Notes under the pieces: generated by a model
Databases searched by the model: none
What the model was told of the DNA's origin: nothing
The model's input: the letters and a program-made list of their open reading frames with translations, nothing else
Translations under genes and position numbers: made by a program
DNA from: a virus
Strand: one strand, 5' to 3'
DNA length: 64,000 bases
Virus record (IMG/VR): IMGVR_UViG_3300033149_003715
Location: 64,001 to 128,000 of that record
In this document: positions 57,304-64,000 of the stretch, one piece after another
Layout: every line of letters starts with the position of its first letter
Numbering within the stretch: position 1 is the stretch's first letter

Positions 57304-58719
57304 TTACTGTAGACTTCTTTGTCTGATTGTATCGAATTTTTGAGTGACTAATAATCGTCCATTACGATATACCTCCACTAATTTATTTATGTGCTGGGGT
57401 AGATAGTCATAATTTACTGTCTTAAAACATTTTTCGTCGTCCGCATAAATAAGCCTCAATCGTCCCTTTTTTGATTGTTTATTTTTGTCTTTAGGTCGTT
57501 TAGATATATCATGCCATGTATTACATCTTTTTTGTGCTGAACATTTGAAGGCGAAAGCTTGGGTGTCTCTGTTAATTTTTTGTAGTAATCCGCCACCCAT
57601 ACCAAATACTAGGCTTTCTACTGAGAATTTGTTTTCTACAACGATTTTACATATTTCTGTGATAGTATTTACACTCAAACCATCTCCCCATAACACACCT
57701 ACAACTGGATTTATTACAGTATACCCTTTGGAATTAACATGATATCCAAACGTATTTGCCAATTGTTTTAATATCCAGACTATTTGCTTACCTGGATGTT
57801 TGTGTTGTTGTGTTATACTATCTGGTCTAATAACCACTTTAGCTATACCAGATTTGTTTGCTTTTCTGTTAATTATTTGCTGTTTGAATTTGGGTATAAT
57901 GTTTTCCACAAAGTTATAAATATCATACGAATCCGCGACTATACTTAGAATTCCATTCGGGTATTTTTGGAGCAATTCGTTAACTAACGTTACTTCTCCT
58001 TGATGATCGTATGATGTCATTATTGAGTGTTCGGTTGCGGGGACACTAAAACCTAATGTTTTTGGATCAGCTTGGTAATATTCTATACCTTCTAATAGGG
58101 CTGGAACTGTATCGGTTCCTTTGAAATTAATTAAGTGTGCTAATCCACCTAAACTTGCAGATTCATTAGAGCTTACACCACGATAACCAAAATCGTGAAG
58201 CATAAAATCTAAACACTGTGTTTGTTCTGACGATATATTAAGATATTCAGCCAGTGTTCTTTTAGTGTAATAACTAATAGTAGCTACAGTTGATGGATAC
58301 CATACATGTGTTAGCAAAGATTCCACAAAATTAGTTAACCAATAACATTTTGGATCTGTATTTTCCACTGTCATCATTACATTATTAATATCAACTGGCG
58401 TACCTTCTGGCACTGCCTTGATTGATAGTGGTAAATACCCATTGTGCTTTTTAACTATATGCAACCAGCCATCTTCGTTGAATAAATTTTGTCCAAAATG
58501 ATTTTGGATAATTGTTTTGGCCACTGTAATTTTTTCTCGCGTGACTCTCCTTCCTACCATATTTTTAAGTAAAATAGATTGTAAACCAAAAAAAACAGTT
58601 TTTGGATATTTTGCCCATTTTCTACATTCTAAGTAGGAATAAATTGTCCGTGTGTTTTTTGGGTACATTTTGTAATGAGCAAATTTGTAACTATCCGATA
58701 ATAAACAGATATTATCCAT
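57304..58719 (-). CDS. nadV: nicotinamide phosphoribosyltransferase (NAMPT)
   Basis: DSYK..H...YP, FFGLQ, WYP.TVAT, LHDFG.RG, VPATEHS, DSYD, IRPDS, GDG, FGMGGGLLQK.NRDT..FA.K. Confidence 0.93.
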   Translation of the reverse strand: MDNICLLSDSYKFAHYKMYPKNTRTIYSYLECRKWAKYPKTVFFGLQSILLKNMVGRRVTREKITVAKTIIQNHFGQNLFNEDGWLHIVKKHNGYLPLSIKAVPEGTPVDINNVMMTVENTDPKCYWLTNFVESLLTHVWYPSTVATISYYTKRTLAEYLNISSEQTQCLDFMLHDFGYRGVSSNESASLGGLAHLINFKGTDTVPALLEGIEYYQADPKTLGFSVPATEHSIMTSYDHQGEVTLVNELLQKYPNGILSIVADSYDIYNFVENIIPKFKQQIINRKANKSGIAKVVIRPDSITQQHKHPGKQIVWILKQLANTFGYHVNSKGYTVINPVVGVLWGDGLSVNTITEICKIVVENKFSVESLVFGMGGGLLQKINRDTQAFAFKCSAQKRCNTWHDISKRPKDKNKQSKKGRLRLIYADDEKCFKTVNYDYLPQHINKLVEVYRNGRLLVTQKFDTIRQRSLQ

Positions 58720-58752
58720 TTGTTATCTCCATCAGTTCAATCTGATTAGACA

Positions 58753-58976
58753 TTATACTATCCTTTTTGTCAATTTAACGCCCTAACAAAAGACAGTGTT
58801 TTGTGGATATTTTTCACATAAGTATCTATATTTCTTTTTTGTAACTTTAACTTTCCTATTTTCTTTAAAAGTTGTAATTGTAATGTTTGAATTCCCTGAA
58901 TAAAAACACCGAAGCGTGCTGGATTTAATACTTGACATTCATATATTCGATAGTTATGTGGTTTATGGTAATTCAT
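58753..58976 (-). pseudogene. family A relic (C-terminal half)
   Basis: IYECQVLNP then frameshifted PQNTVFC*GVKLTKRIV*. Confidence 0.6.
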
Positions 58977-59295
58977 TTATTTCTCGTGTAAGTTTTACGG
59001 CATCTACCAGATATGTACCCTTTGGAGCAAATATTCTTGGTGGGTACATTTTTTGTTCATACTGTGTTAATGCCCAGAAATCTTCTAAAAATAGATTACG
59101 ACTACAAATAATATGGGCTTTGTGTGGGTTTTTAACCTCACACTCAAAAAGACGATATTGTGTAGAAATAGTATTTTGACTTTGCTGAAGTAGTCTAGCT
59201 GGTTTTATGTCATTAAACACGAAAAGCTTTGAGTATTTGAGAGTTGGTTTAACCCACTTATTTATTATATTTTAACAAAAAATTGTACCTTCGTT
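58963..59295 (-). pseudogene. family A copy, 5'-eroded duplicate of 63577..63951
   Basis: long identical nucleotide blocks with 63583..63875; N-terminal YKV segment lost. Confidence 0.7.
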
Positions 59296-59300
59296 TGATT

Positions 59301-59663
59301 TTATAAAATTTCTCTAATTAATTTAACCTTACTTGTAGTATATGTACCTGGGTAAATTATTGTTGAACAAGGTCTTTTTTTATGTTGTTTTACTGATTTC
59401 CAAAATTTTTCAAATGCTTTTTCTGTGTAACATGCATATTTTATCCGGGCGGGATCTTTTACTTCACATTCAAAAATACGTTCTTCACCAATTCTGTAAC
59501 AACGAGCAGTTCTTAAATCACAAAATACAAATAATTTTGAGTGCTTTAGTTTAGGTTTGATCCACTTATTTATGACATACTGTATCCTAAATTTATCATT
59601 ACAGGTATTTGAAGATCCAAGATCTTTACTAACAACTTTATAAAATTTTTTGTTTTTGGACAT
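59301..59663 (-). CDS. paralog family A protein
   Basis: FYKVV, Y.INKW.KP, KLFVF, FECEV.DP, PGT....VKL. Confidence 0.75.
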   Translation of the reverse strand: MSKNKKFYKVVSKDLGSSNTCNDKFRIQYVINKWIKPKLKHSKLFVFCDLRTARCYRIGEERIFECEVKDPARIKYACYTEKAFEKFWKSVKQHKKRPCSTIIYPGTYTTSKVKLIREIL

Positions 59664-59667
59664 TGAA

Positions 59668-60552
59668 TTACTTCTGTGTAAGTTGTTGTGTTAATTTTTG
59701 GAAATATTTTTTAAATATAATTGCCGTTTGACGATTTATTTCTTTTTCTACAGGCTTAGACCAAGCAATTTCACCTCTTGCTTCTCGTTTAATGTCTTCG
59801 CACATACTGATTAGAATTTCCCTCATATTTTCAATACTTGGCGGCTGCTGGTTTTTTGAATGAATTTTATCTAAAACGTGTTTTAATCTGTTTATTGTGA
59901 CCCATTCTGTTGCTATATCTTGAGCTTGTTTAAGAACTTCTAATTTTTTAGGATCTTTAATTTGCCGTTTCTTTTTTGTTTCTCGGAAGTCGTCATTTTT
60001 ATACTTTGCAATTACTCGTTCATTATTATTTTTCCTTAATTCAATAAGAGGGCGAATAACAATTCCTTCTCGGGTTTGATTGTGGTTACCTGCCCATTCT
60101 GCTACAACAGATGGTTTATCTCGTTCTTCTGTAAGAATATCTAAATCAGTAGAACATTTTATATATGGGACAAATGTAAGCCCACATCTTTTTACTATTT
60201 TTTCGGCTGTAGGAACATCTAACCAGCAATCACCTATTTTTACATCAAAGGCAATAAATTTTAGGTTACTACCATACTTTTTTGATTGACCTTGTACTTT
60301 TCCACCATATCCTTCGCCGTAGATTATAATATCATCTACTTTAGGTAAATTAGCTAAAATTTCTTCTTGGTTGAATAAATTGGTGAAGTTTTCGTGTTTA
60401 ATACAGCCAGAGAAAAATGATAACTGTGGTTGTCTTGTTACTTTATACTTTATATGTGTGCTTGTACCATCCACCTTCTCCAGAGCGTACACTTCCTTAA
60501 ATAGTAAAACTTCTTGAGCTTTATATAAATTATTTATATGTAAGTAACCCAT
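59668..60552 (-). CDS. RNA ligase (Rnl2-type)
   Basis: motif I EKVDGT, GEGYG..VQ, FDV, EGIVIRP, AKYK. Confidence 0.85.
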   Translation of the reverse strand: MGYLHINNLYKAQEVLLFKEVYALEKVDGTSTHIKYKVTRQPQLSFFSGCIKHENFTNLFNQEEILANLPKVDDIIIYGEGYGGKVQGQSKKYGSNLKFIAFDVKIGDCWLDVPTAEKIVKRCGLTFVPYIKCSTDLDILTEERDKPSVVAEWAGNHNQTREGIVIRPLIELRKNNNERVIAKYKNDDFRETKKKRQIKDPKKLEVLKQAQDIATEWVTINRLKHVLDKIHSKNQQPPSIENMREILISMCEDIKREARGEIAWSKPVEKEINRQTAIIFKKYFQKLTQQLTQK

Positions 60553-60728
60553 TACTGTTTCCTCAAAAGACTTTTTGGAAATTTCCAATAATACTCACAT
60601 TTTTTGGTTGATTTGTCATATGGTGGTGCAATAAAATATGATTGGTATTTACTTGGTTTAATTAAATATCGAAGACAACTTTCTTTGTGTGGACAATCTT
60701 TTCCATAACACATGGTAATATCAGGCAT
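60552..60728 (-). CDS. small Cys-rich phage protein (not in ORF track)
   Basis: MPDITMC....CP....C.RY...P...QS.F...P......CEYYW; GGAGG RBS. Confidence 0.65.
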   Translation of the reverse strand: MPDITMCYGKDCPHKESCLRYLIKPSKYQSYFIAPPYDKSTKKCEYYWKFPKSLLRKQ

Positions 60729-61146
60729 CTGTTTGTACCTCCATTTGATTACAAAAAATAATTTTAGTAAGTTTTACTGCTGAACAAAAAATTGTACCAC
60801 TCGGTGGAAACGCACATTTATCTAAAAACCTTTTGTTACATTTTTTTAGACGTAAAATATCTTTTAACCCTTCAAGATTTACGAAAATCAAGAAAATACC
60901 ATACTTTTTTGGATGTTTTGCTTGACATTCGCAAATAACAAATTCTTTAATATCATTATTAATTATAAAATGGTATACTTTTTTCAAATCATCAAAAACC
61001 ATTAAATCTGAGTCTTCAAATCCTGGGTTGGGGTATGTCCATTGATTCATATTATATTGGACTACTAATGGTTTTAGTTTTACATTTGGCGAATTAACAC
61101 AAATTGATTCAAGTGTTGGTGTTAAAATCTTGTAATACTTTTTCAT
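60721..61146 (-). CDS. paralog family A protein
   Basis: YYKIL, W.YPN, LMVF, CEC, PSGTIFCSAVKL; close to 61405..61815. Confidence 0.75.
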   Translation of the reverse strand: MKKYYKILTPTLESICVNSPNVKLKPLVVQYNMNQWTYPNPGFEDSDLMVFDDLKKVYHFIINNDIKEFVICECQAKHPKKYGIFLIFVNLEGLKDILRLKKCNKRFLDKCAFPPSGTIFCSAVKLTKIIFCNQMEVQTDA

Positions 61147-61186
61147 TTAATTGCTCCTGATTTTTTAACAATTTTGGTTAAGTGAT

Positions 61187-61360
61187 TTAGTTCCATATTC
61201 TTTTTAAGCGATATCCGCAATGTAAACAAAAATGTGCCCACCAGGATTGTTTTGTGCATTTATAACAGTAATATGCTCCACAATTTTTACACAAAAAGAA
61301 ACAGTGTAAAATACCTCGACATATACGTCCGCAATTAACACAACAAACTTTGGCAAACAT
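61187..61360 (-). CDS. small Cys-rich zinc-finger protein (not in ORF track)
   Basis: 57 aa with four CxxC pairs; AAGGA RBS. Confidence 0.55.
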   Translation of the reverse strand: MFAKVCCVNCGRICRGILHCFFLCKNCGAYYCYKCTKQSWWAHFCLHCGYRLKRIWN

Positions 61361-61404
61361 GGTTTTGTCCTTTTAATATGGTATATTGGACGACTAATTT
61401 TTCT

Positions 61405-61815
61405 TTATTCTATGGTTCTACATTGAATAATTTTTGTAAGTCTTACCGCTGAACAAAAAATTGTACCTCGTGGTGGATATGTTTTTGTTAAGAACTTTTT
61501 CTTATTTTTCTTTTTACGTAAAATAACATTTAGTTCTGATATTAACATTAAGTGTAAGAAGATACCTATTTTTCGTGGATTTTTGACCTTACATTCACAA
61601 ACTGCATATTTTTGAAGATTATTAAAAGTTACAAATCCATGTACACTATCTAAGTCATCAAAAACCATTAGATTTGAGCCTTCAAATCCTGGATTTGGAT
61701 ACACCCATTGATTAATATGGTATTGAACAGCCAGTTTATCTTTTTCTTTATTATTCAACCATGTTGTACTGATTGACTTGAGATCTGGCGTGAGAACTTT
61801 GTAGTATTTTTTCAT
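61405..61815 (-). CDS. paralog family A protein
   Basis: YYKVL, WVYPN, LMVF, CECKV.NP, PRGTIFCSAV.L. Confidence 0.75.
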   Translation of the reverse strand: MKKYYKVLTPDLKSISTTWLNNKEKDKLAVQYHINQWVYPNPGFEGSNLMVFDDLDSVHGFVTFNNLQKYAVCECKVKNPRKIGIFLHLMLISELNVILRKKKNKKKFLTKTYPPRGTIFCSAVRLTKIIQCRTIE

Positions 61816-61837
61816 TTTAAGCAATCTATTTTTGTTG

Positions 61838-62320
61838 TTAGTTTACATTTTGTAGACGATTCATAGCAGATGTTAGATCACCTTGGAGTAATTCCCAGCC
61901 TGTTGTACCTATTGCATTAACGGGTCTATCCATGTAAAAACCAAATAGACTTTCAACAAACTGTGCTTTTTGTTTTACTTCTTTTAACAATTTTTTGTAA
62001 TTTGAACCACGTTTTGTAATGACTGGTACAGAAATACCATAAGCATACAATGCGTAAACCAATTGTTTATCATCTATGATTGTTTTAAATCCACAACAAT
62101 TTTTAGCTGCTTCAATGTTTTCTTTTCTGGCTTGTTCCGGACTAACCACAGATAAAGTTACTAGATATTGTGGCTGATCTTCATCAACCGCATCCCACCA
62201 ATTGATGAGTTCTAGCATAAAATAGTAATTGAATTCGCCATTGTTTAGTTTTTGAGAAATCCATGTACCGCCGTATTGTCGGTAGTTTACGTCGCCTGAT
62301 AACCAAAAAAATCTAATCAT
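61838..62320 (-). CDS. hypothetical phage protein
   Basis: GDVNY..YGG.W ... N.IG.TGW. Confidence 0.6.
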   Translation of the reverse strand: MIRFFWLSGDVNYRQYGGTWISQKLNNGEFNYYFMLELINWWDAVDEDQPQYLVTLSVVSPEQARKENIEAAKNCCGFKTIIDDKQLVYALYAYGISVPVITKRGSNYKKLLKEVKQKAQFVESLFGFYMDRPVNAIGTTGWELLQGDLTSAMNRLQNVN

Positions 62321-62322
62321 AA

Positions 62323-62448
62323 TTAACCTTTCTGTGTGACAATTAGAATGAAAAAACTACACCAACACAAAAGAAGTACAATTAGAAAAAACCACCCGGG
62401 TAGTTTAGTTCTAACATACTTGCGACTAATAAAGTTTTTTATTTTCAT
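62323..62448 (-). CDS. small membrane peptide (not in ORF track)
   Basis: 41-aa ORF with one hydrophobic helix. Confidence 0.35.
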   Translation of the reverse strand: MKIKNFISRKYVRTKLPGWFFLIVLLLCWCSFFILIVTQKG

Positions 62449-62454
62449 TTGATC

Positions 62455-62964
62455 TCATCCTAAATCGTAAACGGTCCATACGATATTTGTATCACCAAAT
62501 GCGAATTCGATACATTCTTGAATATTTTCCCATTTACCTCCAGCTAAACCGCAACCAAATCTTGGACTATGTAGAGATACTTGATGTTGTATTTTGGTAG
62601 TATTTAAATGTAAACGTAAACGGATTAATCCTTCTTTGATTGCTTCATATCTAATAGGAGGAATTATAATTCTGTTAAATCGAAGTGGTTTGATATTTTT
62701 TTGTCCTATTAAATTGCATACGAATTGCGTTAGTGTTGGTGATTTGTGTACTTGTATAAGTTGTATATCTCCTAGCTTTTGACGATCTATGTTGGCTTGA
62801 TATGTTAATTTAGTTTGTGGCCATTTTTTAGCCAAAGGAATTACAAAACCTGCACCCCATGCTCCAATATCATTACAACAGTGTACAATAATTTGTTGTT
62901 CGTATCCGTTGGGGTAAACACGGATTGGGTTTGTTGCATCACCTTTAACGGTTTGTAGTTTCAT
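62455..62964 (-). CDS. macrodomain (ADP-ribose processing) protein
   Basis: GDAT, IVHCCN..G.WGAGF...LAKKWP, NL.GQ, PRFGCGLAGG.W. Confidence 0.88.
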   Translation of the reverse strand: MKLQTVKGDATNPIRVYPNGYEQQIIVHCCNDIGAWGAGFVIPLAKKWPQTKLTYQANIDRQKLGDIQLIQVHKSPTLTQFVCNLIGQKNIKPLRFNRIIIPPIRYEAIKEGLIRLRLHLNTTKIQHQVSLHSPRFGCGLAGGKWENIQECIEFAFGDTNIVWTVYDLG

Positions 62965-63131
62965 TTTTGGTATCCTTGAGTGTGAAGTTTATAAACTTTA
63001 CCTAGTTTACGTCGAAATTTTGAGGCTTGTCTTGGTGTTGGTTTTACGTTTGCCAATTCACATAATTTGATAAATCTTTCTTGTTTGGCATATTCTTTGT
63101 TACTTAGGTCAATGTGCAATTGATTCATCAT
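62961..63131 (-). CDS. small conserved phage protein (not in ORF track)
   Basis: F...CE.A.V.PT.RQASKFR...G; ATGA overlap with macrodomain start. Confidence 0.55.
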   Translation of the reverse strand: MMNQLHIDLSNKEYAKQERFIKLCELANVKPTPRQASKFRRKLGKVYKLHTQGYQK

Positions 63132-63141
63132 TAGGTTCCTA

Positions 63142-63432
63142 TTAGGAGTTGTCTAAAATTTTGATTGGTTCGTCTTCTGTTGGAATATGTTGCTTTGTTT
63201 TTTTGCACCAATCCAAATATTCAGCATCTGGATTTTCTAAACGATAAATAGAACCGCTTTTCGTGTAAATAACATTTCCTTTCACTTTGGTAACTGTCGA
63301 TGTTTGTATGAAACTGCCATTGTTAAATTCTGGGTGATTGTAAACATTACCTTTTAAGTAAATTTTATGACATTCTGGTGGAGTATACGGATTACTATCA
63401 CTAAAAACCGCCCAATTTTTTAGTACAAACAT
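63142..63432 (-). CDS. hypothetical phage protein
   Basis: L.NW....PY.PPE....L.G.VY.HP.F..G..I.TS...T.SGS.Y.L; start re-set to 63432 (GGAG RBS). Confidence 0.65.
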   Translation of the reverse strand: MFVLKNWAVFSDSNPYTPPECHKIYLKGNVYNHPEFNNGSFIQTSTVTKVKGNVIYTKSGSIYRLENPDAEYLDWCKKTKQHIPTEDEPIKILDNS

Positions 63433-63470
63433 AAGAATTCTCCCTATTTTTAGAGGAAAAGAAAAATAGA

Positions 63471-63561
63471 TTGGACTACGGGGAATCGAACCCCACGGAG
63501 TTACCATCCGCAATTATTTATACTCCCACAAGTTTATAAGACTTGCTGCGGCTATAGTCCA
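63471..63561 (-). tRNA. atypical tRNA-Ile(UAU)-like RNA lacking a canonical D-arm
   Basis: acceptor TGGACTA/TAGTCCA, anticodon arm CAAGT-CTTATAA-ACTTG, T-arm TGGGG-TTCGATT-CCCCG, long variable arm GGAGT/ACTCC. Confidence 0.7.
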
Positions 63562-63576
63562 AGTTTGCTGTTTGGG

Positions 63577-63951
63577 TTAAGTAATTTCTCGTGTAAGTTT
63601 TACGGCATCTACCTGATATGTACCTTTTGGAGTAGGCATCCTTGTTAGGGGCATTTTTTGCTTTTGGTGTCTTGATGTCCAGAAATCTTCCAAAAATAGA
63701 TTGCAACTACAAACAACAAGTGCTTTGCGTGGGTTTTTAACTTCACACTCGAAAAGACGATATTGTGTAGAAATAATATTTTGACTTTGCTGAAGTAGTT
63801 TAATTTGTTTTATATCATTAAACACGAAAAGTTTTGAGTATTTAAGAACTGGTTTAACCCACTTATTTATTATATATTGTACGCAAAATCTATTCCCAGT
63901 ATTATTAATAGATTTAAGTTGTAAGTCAGTAACTTTATAAAATTTTTTCAT
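63577..63951 (-). CDS. paralog family A protein
   Basis: FYKV, Y.INKW.KP, KLFVF, FECEVKNP, PKGTY.VDAVKL. Confidence 0.75.
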   Translation of the reverse strand: MKKFYKVTDLQLKSINNTGNRFCVQYIINKWVKPVLKYSKLFVFNDIKQIKLLQQSQNIISTQYRLFECEVKNPRKALVVCSCNLFLEDFWTSRHQKQKMPLTRMPTPKGTYQVDAVKLTREIT

Positions 63952-64000
63952 TATTACCATTTTTCTATTTCTTGTACAAGCTTGATTTCATCTACTTGAT

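Noticed and set aside
58752-58773. TTGACA...TATAAT on the minus strand upstream of NAMPT
   Set aside because: Spacer is only 10 nt and the sequence is the 3' end of a family A relic.
2489-62782. Numerous 60-116 aa plus-strand ORFs in the track
   Set aside because: Almost all lie antisense to well-supported minus-strand genes and show no recognisable motifs; treated as shadow ORFs.
63433-63706. N-terminal extension of ORF 63142..63513 and ORF 63518..63706
   Set aside because: They overlap the tRNA-like element and the family A gene; a better start with RBS exists at 63432.
58963-63951. Possible DGR template/variable repeat pair (58963..59295 vs 63577..63951; also the vWA duplication)
   Set aside because: Mismatches involve all bases rather than only adenines, and no reverse transcriptase is visible in the window.

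Overview
This window is a 64-kb segment of a large, AT-rich dsDNA tailed phage (jumbo/huge-phage gene content). Essentially all credible genes are on the minus strand and read with the standard code. From left to right it holds: (1) a replication/recombination block (Cas4-like nuclease, MazG, dNMP kinase, DnaG, DnaB, RecA); (2) nucleotide-metabolism genes (intein-containing class II RNR, dCMP deaminase, ThyX), ClpP and a sigma-like factor; (3) a secreted-protein/papain-peptidase cluster with tRNA-Thr, two m6A MTases and Hsp20; (4) a ~14-kb glycan cluster (KdsB, GT29-like, sulfotransferase, four capsule-synthesis-like paralogs, decayed asnB); (5) RuvB; and (6) an accessory region dominated by two expanded paralog families, together with NAMPT, an Rnl2-type RNA ligase and a macrodomain. 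Three candidates for undescribed biology stand out. The first is an RlmN-like radical SAM enzyme that lacks the resolving cysteine and whose catalytic AACGQL tail sits in a separate 44-aa ORF missing from the track, which predicts covalent peptide-nucleic acid linkage. The second is a 91-nt tRNA-Ile(UAU)-like RNA with no local D-arm, whose D-strand can instead pair with the variable loop. The third is ~17 YKVV-motif paralogs, possibly ADP-ribosyltransferase-fold, lying next to NAD enzymes. All functional calls come from motif recognition by eye; no searches were run.
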